64,000 nucleotides of DNA from Scyliorhinus canicula (lineage: Eukaryota). The stretch covers positions 46,897,159 through 46,961,158 of the forward strand of contig NC_052158.1 of assembly GCF_902713615.1 (NCBI RefSeq). The letters are read 5' to 3'. The notes below the pieces were generated by a model. It searched no databases and was not told where the DNA came from. It saw only the letters and a list, made by a program, of their open reading frames with translations. Positions 47,170 to 59,252 of the stretch are shown here, piece after piece (within the stretch, counting starts at the first letter, position 1; every line of letters starts with the position of its first letter). The position numbers and the translations under genes are program-made.

Positions 47170-47915
47170 TCTGGTGACCAAACATGAGTGATGAGATTTA
47201 GGACCAGATCAGCTAGTACAGTGGTTGTAATGAACATCAAGCTAATCAAGAGAAAGTGGTACTCATGACAGAGGATAGATGAAGCTTCAAGTCAATCTCT
47301 TCACTCTCACTGGAACTGATTATCTCATCACAGTTGACTATTATTCAGATTCAGAGTTAAACCAGCGGACGCCAATGACAATCAGCGAAATTATAGAATT
47401 CCTGAAGCACGCTTCAGTCATCATGGCATTCCTTACATTTTGATGAGTGACAGTGGCCCTCAATTCACAAGTGACGAATTCAGACCTTTATGAATGATTG
47501 CAAATTCAGTTGTACACATCATTTCCACATTGTCTCCAGTCAAAAGGAATGGCTGAGGCAGTGATAAAAATTGTCAAAGGGGTCATCAAGAAATTGACTG
47601 AATCCAGCAGATATGTGCAGAAGACAATGTTAGAGTGGAGAAACATACCGACTGAAGGCATGGAAAGTTGCCCAGTTCAGTGACTAATGTCACACCGCAC
47701 CCAGACTGCTCTTCCAATGGCTAAATCATGACTGAGACCATAAGTAGTAACAGGAGTGAGTGACAAGGTCAAAGTAAAACGACAGAAACATATTTCACTT
47801 TGCAGAAGCTACCACATTGTTGCCAGAGCTGAGAGTTGACGAGCCGGTCAGAGTGAAAACATTTAACACACCCAATAAAAGTCAGCTCAGTGGGCAACTT
47901 GGGACGTGTGTAGAG
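47170..47915 (+). mobile_element. Gypsy integrase fragment
   Basis: YLITVDYYS, GIPYILMSDSGPQFTS, QSKGMAEAVIKIVK. Confidence 0.85.
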
Positions 47916-47919
47916 AAGT

Positions 47920-48725
47920 TTTTTAAAATAAATTTAGAGTACCCAATTCTTTTTTTCTCAATTAAGGGGCTGTAGCACAGTGGTTAGCACAGTTGCTTCA
48001 CAGCTCCAGGGTCCCAGGTTCGATTCCCGCTTGGGTCACTGTCTGTGCGGAGTCTGTACGTTCTCCCCATATCTGTGTGGCTTTCCTTCGGGTGCTCCGG
48101 TTTCTTTCCACATTCCAAAGACGTGGTTAGGTTGATTGGCCATGATAAATTTCCCTCAGTGTCCAAAAAGGTTAACTGGGGTTGTTACTGGGATAGTGGG
48201 GTGCTCTTTTTAGGAGCCGGTGCAAACCCGATGAGCCGAATGGCCTCCTTCTGCACTGTAAATTCTATGATTTTATCGCCGTCTTCTGGCCGACTGTCGG
48301 GTTACAAATCTGTCACTTTGCGCACAAACGTAGGCCTGAAACACTTTAAGGGAATTACGGTAGCACAGTGGTTAACACAGTTGCTTCACAACTTCAGCGT
48401 CCCAGGTTCGATTCCTGGCTTGGGTCGTCTATGCGGTGTCTGCATGTTCTCCCCATGTCTGCATGGGTTTCCTCCGGGTGCTCCGGTTTCCACAGTCCAA
48501 AGATGTGCAGGTTAGGTCGATTGGCTATGCTAAATTGCCCTTCGTTTCAAAAAAGGTTAGTTGGAGTTACTGAGTTACGGGGATATGTATGCTGCTCTTT
48601 CCAAGGGCCGTTGCAGACTCGATGGGCCAAATGACCTCCTTCTGCACTGTAAATTCTATGGTTCTATGAATTTAGCGTGACAAATTCACCTACACCTAAC
48701 ATCTTTTGGGTTGTGGGGGTGAGAT
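47920..48725. mobile_element. Nested SINE cluster: two plus-strand HE1-like copies (47965-48272, 48348-48670) inside a minus-strand A-tailed copy
   Basis: Tail at 47920-47970 and core at 48669-48720 rejoin. Confidence 0.8.
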
Positions 48726-48954
48726 AAAACAGCAGAGAAACAAATCAATAATGTGGGTTTGTGAGCTTTACATCTGTGGACCAAATACCAAAAGATCAAG
48801 TAAACAACAGTAAAATGTACACCAATTTCAAATCTACCAAAATAACAAAATATTTCAAAATGACTCAAGATCTTTCCCAGAACATGAAATGAATCTTGGT
48901 AGAGTGAAAGGTGAACATATCACATTGCGGCATAATGGACCAGGCCCACTTCCT

Positions 48955-49177
48955 TCCAATCACTACATCCACACCGAACCTTTGAACACAATTTAGCATG
49001 GCCAATCAACCTCTGCTGCACATCTTTGGACTGTGGGAGGAAACTGGAACATCTGGAGGAAACCCATGCAGACACAGGGAGAATGTACACACTTCACAGT
49101 CACCCAAATTTAAAATTGAACCCAGGTCCCTGGCGCTGTGAGGCAGAAGTGTTAACCACTTGTCACCGTGCTGCCCT
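48955..49177 (-). mobile_element. HE1-like V-SINE
   Basis: Head and core. Confidence 0.8.
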
Positions 49178-49199
49178 TGGTGATGTCAGGAAGGCAGGT

Positions 49200-49735
49200 A
49201 GAGCAGTAAGCCCTGAGTGTATCTCACTCTATAACCAGTAATCAGTTCTGGACACTGATGAAAGTGATCTTTGATCTGGGGAGTGCAGCCAGAGCCAAGT
49301 CCATGGCACCACAGCTGGTTCAGCTGTTACAGGCGTTACAGAGAGGACAGGGAGAGTAATAGTGATTGGAGATTCCATACTTAGAGGAACAGACAAATAT
49401 TGCTGTTGCTGCAGACGTGAATCCAGGGTGATTAGCTGCCTCCATGATACCAAAGTCAAGGGTACCATTGAACGGCTGCAGTGTAACCTAAGGGGTGAAC
49501 AATAAGGGTGCATGGTCCTGATAAATACCAAGAATCTATATAAAAAGAGGGATGTGGTCCCCCAATTAGAATTTAGGGAGATTGGTAGGAAATTAAAAAG
49601 CTTGAGCCATACTCCCCCAGGTACCAAGTGCAAGCAAATATAGAAATGAGCAAGATAAAGCAGATGAATGTCCGACTGCCGAGATGGAGCTGGATTGTGG
49701 GCTTTCCCTGGACATTGAGATCAGTTCAGGGGCAG
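49200..49735 (+). mobile_element. CR1 ORF1 SGNH-esterase fragment
   Basis: VIVIGDSILRGTDK..RESRVISCL translation on plus. Confidence 0.75.
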
Positions 49736-50299
49736 ATAGGACCAACATTACTCTCCCAAATAGGTTATGGGTGAAATACTCACAAGGCGACACTCTTTTC
49801 AATTGTACACAGCATTGTTCATTCTCTGGATACAAACACAACTGGTTGCCTTGCTGCATGAGAGTTGCTCCAAGTCCTGTTTCACTGGCATCTCACTGCA
49901 GGGTGACTTCATTATTGACACCATAGTACCTCAGCACTGGCAGTGTCGTAACTAATTGTTTGATGTGAGTGAAAGCTGCTTATTCTGTGCCCCAACACCA
50001 CTGAACATCCTTTGCAGTGGATCTGCAGAGAGAGTAACACTCTTGACAAAAAAATGAGCAAGAAGCTGATTTTGGTCAGCTGTGTGTGGGTTCACTGATG
50101 TTTCATGAGGTCCAACACCTATGTGAAGGGTTTATTACAGAACTCACACCGATAGCGTTTCTCCCTTATGAGTGTGTTTATGGACCAGGGCATACACTGA
50201 CTGTGAAATTCTTGTCACACACCTCACACTGAATGTTTTTTTTCCAATGTGGATCTACTGGTCCTTCAGGAGATGGGAGGAGTGGTTCTGCCTCCATAA

Positions 50300-50628
50300 A
50301 ATCATAGAATGCCAACAGTGCAGAGGGAGAACATTCAGCCCATTGAGTCTGTACAGAGCCTCAGAAAAAGCACCCAACCTAGGCTCACTCCCCTGCCCTA
50401 TCCCCATAACTCCACCTAACCTTTGGGCACTAAGGGGCAATTCAGCATGATCAATCCTTCCAACTTGCACATCTTTGAACTGTGGAAGGAAACCGGAGCA
50501 CTCTGAGAAAACCCAGACAGACACAGGGAGAATGTGCAAACTCCGCACAGTCATCCCAAGCTGGAATTGAATCCGGGTCTCTGGTGCTGTGAGACTGCAG
50601 TGCTGACCACTGTGCCAGTGTGCCGCCC
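50300..50628 (-). mobile_element. HE1-like V-SINE in ZNF 3' region
   Basis: Head, core and tail. Confidence 0.85.
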
Positions 50629-50724
50629 ACCTTGTCACAAACACCGCACCTAAAGTTCCTCCCCTGTGTGAATCCACTGGTGACGCAGGAGTGTTGAAGA
50701 TCTACAAAAGCTTCATCGTGAACA

Positions 50725-52373
50725 TTACACTTGAAGGGTGTGAGTCCTCTGATGGAGCAGGAGGCTTGATGACTGTGAAAATGATTTATCACATACCTTA
50801 CACTTGAATGGTTTCTTCCCTTTGTGAATGTGTTGGTGTCTGCAGAGACCCGATGATGAAGAAAATGCTATTTTGCAAAACTCACACCTGAATTTCTCCC
50901 CTGTTTGAGTGCGTTGGTGTGTGTGGAGATTAAATGATGCTGAGAATGATTTGTCACACACTTCACAGGTGAATGGTTTCTCTCCTGTGTGAATGTGTTG
51001 GTGTGCATGAAGTACTGACCATGATGAGAATGATTTGTCACACACAAGACATGTGAATGGTTTTTCCCGTGTGAATGCGTTGGTGCATGTGGAGATCTGA
51101 TGGCTGCAAAAATGATTTGTCACACACCACACACGTGAACTGTTTCTCCCCAGTGTGAATCATCTGGTGCTTCAGGAGACATGTTGACATAGAGAATGTT
51201 TTGTTGCACACCTCACATTTGAATTGTTTCTCCTCAGTGTGAATCCTTTGATGATGCAGTGGGCAGGATGATTATGAGAATGATTTATCACACACCACAC
51301 ACCTGAATGGTTTCTCCCCTGTATGAATGAGTTGGTGTGTGCAAAGTCTTGACGATGATGAGAATGAGTTTCTGCAAACCTCACACCTGAATGGTCTTTC
51401 ACCTGTGTGAGTGCATCGGTGTACGCAGAGATTAGATGATGATGAGAATGAATTCTCACACTCCTTACATGTGAATGGTTTTTCTCCTGTGTGACTGCGC
51501 TGGTGTACGTAGAGATTGGATGACCGTGAAAATGATTTCTCACACACCTTACAGCTGAATGGTTTCACTCCTGTATGAATGCGTTGGTGTGCACCAAGTA
51601 CTGATAGTGACGAGAATGATTTGTCACACACCTTACACGTGAATGGTTTCTCCTCTCTGTGAATCCTCTGATGGTGCAGCAGGCTGGATGACTGTGAGAA
51701 TGATTTGCCATACACCTCACATTCGAAAGGCTTCTCCCCAGTGTGACTGCGTCGGTGATTCTCAAATATCGATGGATATGTGAACGCTCGATCACACATG
51801 TCACACTTGAATCGCTTCTCTCCCATGCTTTTGTTGTTGTGTGATAGGTGGAAAAATTGATGCACTTTGTTGGTGTGTATGGAGATTAGATGATGATACG
51901 AATTATTTGTCACACACCTCGCAAGTGAATGGTTTCTCTCCTGTGTGTATTAGAGATCATATGTCCCTGTGAAGGTAGCCTCACACTTGAACAGCCTCAG
52001 ACCTGAAGGAATCAGTCTGTAGTTTTTGACACTCGATGAAGGATTGAAGACCTTAACACACTTGGAGGGCACTCACGCTTCTTCCCAGTCTCACCCTGAC
52101 CGATCACCCCCAACCAAACCTTTGGAAAGGTTAGTTCTAATGGAAAGATTGACACCACTGACCAGTTTCAAATCTGATAATATGTCAAAGCTCCCTGACC
52201 CGACCGATTTCCAGATTATTTTTTTCATTGCTCAAGGGTTCTCTATGTTGACCAATGTTGTGAAGGGACTTGATATCTTCCCACAGTTGTACAGTTGTCC
52301 CTTGGGCGATGGTCAGGATCTAACTGAGGTGTCTCTCTTCGCTGTATCTCTGGTGTAGCATGGTGTACTCCTT
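50725..52373 (-). pseudogene. C2H2 ZNF (pseudo)gene, about 13 fingers, internal stop at 51272 and frameshift
   Basis: ORFs 51272..51913 and 50725..51132; paralogous acceptor ending 52374; HTLQV* terminus. Confidence 0.85.
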
Positions 52374-52388
52374 CTGTAAAACAGGAAA

Positions 52389-55380
52389 ACGTACATAAAA
52401 AGCAAGAGGGTAGCCAAGGAAAGGGTGGGGCCACTGAAGTACAGGCGAGGGATCTGTGGAGCCAGAGGAAATGGTCGAGGTATTAAATGAATACTTTCAT
52501 CAGTATTTACCAAAGAGAAGGAATTGGTGGATGTTGATACTGGGGAAGGGTATCAATCCCGCCCCCGCCAAGTCCCAAATTCTTCGCCATCCGAAATTCG
52601 GCGGGGGCGGGATTCGCACTGCGCCGGTCGGGGCCCCACGGGCAATTCTCCGGCCCGAGATGGGCCGAAGTCCCGCCGCTGACAAGCCTCTCCTGCCGGC
52701 GTGGATTAAACCACCCCTGGTACCGGCGGGATTGGCGGCGCGGGCAAGCGCCGGGGTCCTGGGGAGGTAGGGCACTGGGCGATCTGACCCCGGGGGGTGC
52801 CCCCACGTTGGCCTGGCCCGCGATCGGGGTCCACTGATCGGCGGGCGGGCCTGTGCAATGGGGGCACTCTTTTTCTTCTGCCTTCACCATTGTCTTCACC
52901 ATGGCGGAGGTGGAAGAGACCCCCTCCCCTGCACATGTGCCGGGATGACGTCAGCATCCGCTGATGCTCCGGCCTATCCGTGGACCTCCGCCGGCCGGCG
53001 GAGTCCTTTTGGCCCCGGCTGGCGGGGTGCCAAAGGCTGTTCCCACCAGCCGGCGGAGCGGGAACCACTCCAGCATGGGCCTAGCCCCTCAATCTGAGGG
53101 CTTGGCCCCTCCGCACCTTTGGGGAGGCTCAACGCTGGAGTGGTGCACTCCAATACGCCGGGACCCCCCGCCCCGTCAGGTAGGGGAGAATCCCGGCCTA
53201 GGTGTTGGATGTCTTAAAAATTATTAAGATAGATAAGTCCCTAGGGCCTGATGAGATCTACCCCAGAATACTGAAGGAGGCTTGAGAGGAAATTGCTGAG
53301 GCCTTGACAGAAATCTTTGATCCTCATTTTCTTCAGGTGATGTCCACGAGGACTGGAGAATAGCCAATCTCCCTTAAGAAGGGTAGCAAGGATAATCCAG
53401 AAACTACAGGCTGGTGAGCCTTACATCAGTGGTAGGGAATTTACTGGAGAAAATTATTCGAGACAGGATCTACTCCCGTTTGGAAGCAAATGGACGCATT
53501 AGCGAGAGGCAGCATGGTTTTGTGAAGGGGAGGTCATGTCTCACTAACTTGATAAAGATTTTCGAAGAGGTTACAAAGATGATTGATGCAGGTGGCGCAG
53601 GGGATGTTGTCTATATCGACTTCAGTACGGCCTTTGACAAAGTCCCTCATTGCACGCTGGTACAAAAGGTGAAGTTACACGGGATCAGGGGTGAGCTGGC
53701 AAGATGGATACAGAAATGGCTAGGTCATAGAAGGCAGTGAGTAGCAATAGAAGGGTGCTTTTCTGATTGGAGGTCTGTGAATAATGGTGTTCCACAGGGA
53801 TCAGAGCTGGGACATTTGCTGTTTGTAGTATATATAAATGATTTGGAGGAAAATGTAACTGGTCTGATTAGTAAGTTTGCAGATGACACAAAGGTTGGTG
53901 GAATTACGGATAGTGATGAGGACTGTCAGAGGATACAGCAGGATTTAGATTGTTTGGAGACTTGAGTGGAGAGATGGCAGATGGAGCTTAATATGGAAAA
54001 ATGTGAGGTGATGCATTTTGGAAGGTCTAATGCAGGTAGGGAATATACAGTGAATGATAGAACCCTCAAGAGTATTGACAGTCAGAGAGATCTTGGTGTA
54101 CAGGTCCACAGGTCACTGAAAGGGGCAACACAGGTGGAGAAGGTAGTCAATAAGGCATAAGGCATGCTTGCCTTCATTGGTCGGGGCATTGAGTATAACA
54201 ATTGGCAAGTCATGTTGCAGCTGTATAGAACCTTTTTTTGGCCACATTTGGAGTATAGTGTTCAATTCTGGTTGCCACACTACCAGAAGGATGTGTAGGC
54301 TTTAGAGAGGGTGCAGAAGAGATTTGCCAGATGTTGCCTGGCACGCAGGGCATTAGCTATGAGGGGAGAGCTCAATTTCCGGTTCAATTCCCGGCTTGGG
54401 TCACTGTCTGTGCGGAGTCTGCACGTTCTCCCCGTATTTGCGTGGGTTTCCTCCAGGTGCTCTAGTTTCCTCTCACAGTCTAAAGATGTACAGGTTAGGT
54501 GGATTGGCCATGATAAATTGCCCTTAGTGTCCAAACAAAGGTCGGGTTACTGGGTTGTAGGGTTGGGGTGGAGGTGTGGGCTTGGGTGGATGCTCTTTCC
54601 AAGGGCTAATGCAGACTCAGTGGGCCGAATGGCCTCCTTCTGCACTGTAAATTCTATTAGAGGTTGAATAAACTCGGTTTGTTCTGATGGGAATGACGGA
54701 GGTTGAGAGGCGACCTGATAGAGCTTCATAAATTTTGAGGGGCATAGACAGTGTGGATAGTCAGAGGCCTTTTCCCAGGGTACAGGGGTCACAGCAGCTG
54801 GTTTAGCACACAGGGCTAAATCACTGGCTTTTAAAGCAGACAAAGGCAGACCAACAGCACGGTTCGATTCCCGTACCAGCCTCCCTGAACAGGCGCGGAA
54901 TGTGGCGACTAGGGGCTTTTCACAGTAACTTCATTTGAAGCCTACTTGTGACAATAAGTGATTTTCATTTCATTTCAATTACTAGGCGGAATAGGTTTAA
55001 GGTGTGAGGGGCAAGGTTTAGAGGAGATGTAAGAGGCAAGTTTTTTACACAGAGGGTAGTGGGTGCACCTAGGGTACAGCGGTCAATTACTATGCGGAAT
55101 AGGTTTAAGGTTTGAGGGGCAAGGTTTAGAGGAGATGTAAGAGGCAAGTTTTTTACACAGAGGGTAGTGGGTGCCTGAAACCCGCTGCCGGAGGAGGTGG
55201 TGGAAGCAGGGATGATAGTGACGTTTAAGGGACTTATTGACAAATACATGAATAGGATGGGAATAGAGGGATACGGACTCCGGAATTGCAGAAGATTTTA
55301 GTTTGGACGGGCAGCATGGTTGGCACAGGCTTTGAGGGCTGAAGGGCCTGTTCCTGTTCTGTACTTTTCTTTGTTCTTTG
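52389..55380 (+). mobile_element. CR1-clade LINE with nested MITE, SINEs (54375-54657, 54795-54977) and an internal duplication of about 110 bp
   Basis: GFVKGRSCLTNL, DFSTAFDKVPH, GVPQGS, KFADDTK; tail CCTGTTCTGTACTTTTCTTTGTTCTTTG. Confidence 0.95.
52553..53198. mobile_element. GC-rich non-autonomous DNA transposon (Harbinger-like MITE), left end damaged
   Basis: CpG-rich insert in CR1; right end GGAGAATCCCGGCC followed by TA; internal palindromes. Confidence 0.55.
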
Positions 55381-55439
55381 TTGTATGATTTCCTCAAACT
55401 ACCTCTCCTCCTTTGGCTGAAGGGTCTGACTCCTCAGTT

Positions 55440-56335
55440 TTTATTTATACTTTCAAAGGATGTATGCATCACTGACTAGGCCAACATTTATTGCTCATCT
55501 CTAATGTCCTTGAGAAGGTTTTTTAGAATTTAGAACAGTACAGCACAGAACAGGCCCTTCGGCCCTCGATGTTGTGCCGAGCAATGATCACCCTACTCAA
55601 GCCCACGTATCCACCCTATACCAGTAACCCAACAACCCCCATTAACCTTATTTTTTCAGACACTAAGGGCAATTTAGCCTGGCCAATCCACCTAACCCGC
55701 ACATCTTTGGACTGTGGGAGGAAACCGGAGCACCCGGAGGAAACCCACGCACACACGGGGAGGATGTGCAGACTCCGCACAGACAGTGACCCAGCCGGGA
55801 AGGTGGTTGTGAGCTGCCTCATTGAATCACTGCCACCCATGTGGTGTAGATCCACCCACAGTGCTGTTAGGGAGGGACTTCCAGCAACCGTGAAGGAATG
55901 GTGATATATTTTCATGTCAGGTCATGTGTGATTTAGAAGGGAATATTTGGGTGTTGGTGTTCCCATCCATTGCTGCCCTTGTCTAGGTGTTAGAAGTCGT
56001 GGGTTTGGGAGGGGCTGTTGGAGGAGCTTTGTTGAGTTTCTGACGTGTATCTTGTCGGTGGTACACACTGCTGTCACTGTGCACCAATGGTGGGAGAGGG
56101 AATATTAAAGGTGGTGGAAGGTGTGCCAATCAAGTTGGGCTGCTTGTTCCGGATCGTGTCAAGTTACACGAATGATGTTAGAGCTGCATTCATCCAGGCA
56201 AGTGGACAGTATTCCCCCACACTCCTGACTTCTGCCTTGTAGATGTTGGACAGTTAGAGTTAGAATCTGGAGGTGAGTTAATTACCGCAGAGTTCTGAGC
56301 CTCTGAACAACTCTTGTAGCCACAATATTTATATG
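55440..56335 (-). mobile_element. Degraded non-LTR retrotransposon 3' part with nested young V-SINE (55527-55799)
   Basis: Interrupts the paralogous ZNF intron; GAAGGT repeated either side of the SINE; clade not determined. Confidence 0.45.
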
Positions 56336-58149
56336 GCTCAGGCTATCAGCCTTATGGAGCTATTACTGGAGTGTGGTGCTTCTTTATTGATTTGGTTATT
56401 TTTGTTGCCGGAAGGTATTGCCTTCCGTTTCGGGATTGATACATCTTTTTGTGTTAATATTGATGCCTGCCTCGATTTCCAGCTTCAATAGACGAAAGAT
56501 TTTAACAAAAGAGCAACTAAACAAAGGAAACTTACAAATTCAAATAACGATAACAATGCCCACCAGTCGAATAACGGTACAAACTTTTGATTATGCTTTG
56601 ATGGAATGTGTATTTTGTTCATGTTGTGTAAGTTTAGAATAAAATATCTTTATATGGCTCGTCCATTCAAATTCTCGTCCATGTCAATTAATCCATGATC
56701 CTGGACATTACATGGTTTCTTATCTCAAATTAAAGCAGACATCTAAACCATTTTCATTTGTGTTCTATACACACTACATAACCTGTTTTGTAAACTTCTT
56801 GAATAATTTTAGTTACAAGTACCTCTACCACTCTACCCTTTGTTTTCAACATAGAGTGACTCATTCCAAGTGAACATAATGAGAAGGAACATCAACCTTC
56901 AAATAACGTGTCCAAAATAGAGAGTCACTGATAGAAGTCTGGTTTAACACCAGTTCAATTAATTTTGAGATGTAGAGCTGAAGATACAATCATGAGGACA
57001 CAGCATCCTTTCCCCATCCTGAATAAATGGGCAAAGAAGGTATCAGGCTCGCTACAGTACAGAAGGAGGCTATTTGGCCCTTCAAGTCTGCGCCAACCCT
57101 CTGAAAGAGCACCCCACCTAGGCCCGCTCCCCCTTATCCACATAACCCCATCTAGGGGCAATTTAGCATGGCCAATCCAACTATCATTAACATGAAACAT
57201 TATTTTATCTTAGTAAGACGTCATAAAGAGTAACAGAAACAAACGTTAATGAGAAAGATGGTGGATGAGTCAGAAAACGGAAATGACATCAATAGATGGC
57301 CATCACCCTCAAGAAAGCAATTAGAAACTGATTATGCATCACCAAGACCAATCAAACCTTGATTGCGCAATCCTTAAGCTAATTAAGAATTAGCCTCATC
57401 TCATTTAGACCAATCAGAATGCAATAACATCTTTGATCGCACTGTGGTTGTGGCTAGGAAGCAGTTAAAAAACAGCAGCTTTCGCTGAGCAAGTTGTGCA
57501 GCAGAGGTTACAGCGAGAGAACAGTGGCAACCTGCACCCAAAGCTGAACCAGAAAGCAAGAGCTGGAGTACGCTAGTCAAGTCCCACCCTGTCTCTGATA
57601 GACATAAATCTACAACTTATTAAAGATTTCCTCAGTTACTTCACCAAACTCTCTCCTATTGCCAACATAGTTACGGTCTCAAATGAGCACAATTAGAATT
57701 TAACTTTAACTGACACCTAGAACTTTTCTTGTGTGGTCTGAATTTTACTTGTCACCTCACAGCCTAACCTTGAATGTTGCATAAGATTTTCTGCATGTTG
57801 ACACAGATTTCTTCAGTATTGGAGGAGTCTTGAAAGATGTTGCACATTGTGTAATCATCAGTGAACATCTCATAGGTTCAAAGTCAATATTAAGGACTCA
57901 AAGGTAACTGCCAGCTGACTGTTTACCACTGTGCCCCCTCTCTGGTGGCAGGACAGGGCATATCTGGGGAGTGTGATGGTGGTGTCTAGGCAGTCGTACT
58001 CACAGCAGCACACATTAAAAACAATGTCAGGCTGTTGCCTGGCTAGTCAATAGGACAGTTTATCGCAAGGAGGGCTTTGTAAGGTTGACAGGGCTGGGTG
58101 GCCCATTGTCACTTCCAGTTTCTCGGCCAATGCAAACTGCTCCATCTGG

Positions 58150-58490
58150 GTTTACTGCTTTGTGAATTTGTAGTGTCTTGCTGCAATTCAGTGGCTTGCT
58201 CAGCCAATTCAGAGGGTACTTAAGAATCACCCACATCGCAGTGGGACAAGCCACATGTCGACAATGATGGCAGATTTCCTTCCCTAAAAAGGACATTAAT
58301 GAAGCAGATGAATTTTTATGACAATTAACAATGGTTTCATGGTCACCACTGCTGAGATGAGCTTCCAATTAAAAATTAATAATCTGATTTAATTTCCCCA
58401 AGCCACCGTAAGGGCAGTTTGAACCCATGACACCAGAGCCTGACCCTGGGCATCTAATTTTCTGGTTCAGAGATTGTACCACTGTCAGCT
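58150..58490 (-). mobile_element. tRNA-derived SINE family C
   Basis: CATGGGTTCAAAC B-box; related to 8160-8335. Confidence 0.55.
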
Positions 58491-59103
58491 TCCTGTGAGA
58501 GACTGTTCCACAGTGAGTACCAGTCTACTATTCCACTGTGTGGGAATCAAATACAAGTCCTTTCTTTTTCCTCACTTGACTGTGATACACCCTCTGTTTC
58601 CAACAGTGACACTGGGTCCAGAAACAGACAATGCAGCTACTTTCTTTCCTCCGCCAGATCCCCATCTTTCCGTGCACTGAGGGAAATGGAAAAGACAGTT
58701 GGGCTCAGTGTAAAACAGGCTATCAGTTCACAGTGTGCTCAAGTTGTGCTGGTGAAGACCAGTTTTACCCTCAAAGTATGTGTTTAAAATAAAAAAAATC
58801 AGGAAAATTGTTAATCATCTTGTTTTCAAATTTATTTGAAGAAAACACTCTGGGAAGGAAGTACTGGAAGCTGAGGAAAATATTACTTCAGTGCAGCTGA
58901 TTGAAGGATTCTGGTTTATCCTGGGAAATTAGATACACTGCACTTACTCAGACTGCCCATCCCAAATTTAGCTCTCAGACACAGCACTGGGCAAAAAATC
59001 CAAGTCCAGGCTTCTGGGAAAGGCCAAGGCCTTCAGGTAAAATCTTTTAAGAAAGACATTTAAATCAATTTGTATTTGCCCCTCCCAGATAATTAGACCT
59101 CAC

Positions 59104-59142
59104 CATCCCATATTCAACAATAACCCATCAACAAAACTCAGT
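59104..59142 (-). other. 39-nt 5'UTR microexon, copy 5
   Basis: tcttctgattctcAG|...GATG|GTgagg. Confidence 0.55.
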
Positions 59143-59252
59143 CTGAGAATCAGAAGAGAAATGTTTCCACTAAACACACTCAATATCCAAACACAGCCAA
59201 TCAAACAGTTCAGCACAAAGAATAAACAGATCATGAGCTGGATCTCACACAG

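Noticed and set aside
52553-53198. CpG-island promoter
   Set aside because: It is an insert within CR1 with a MITE-like end; CpG content reflects young age.
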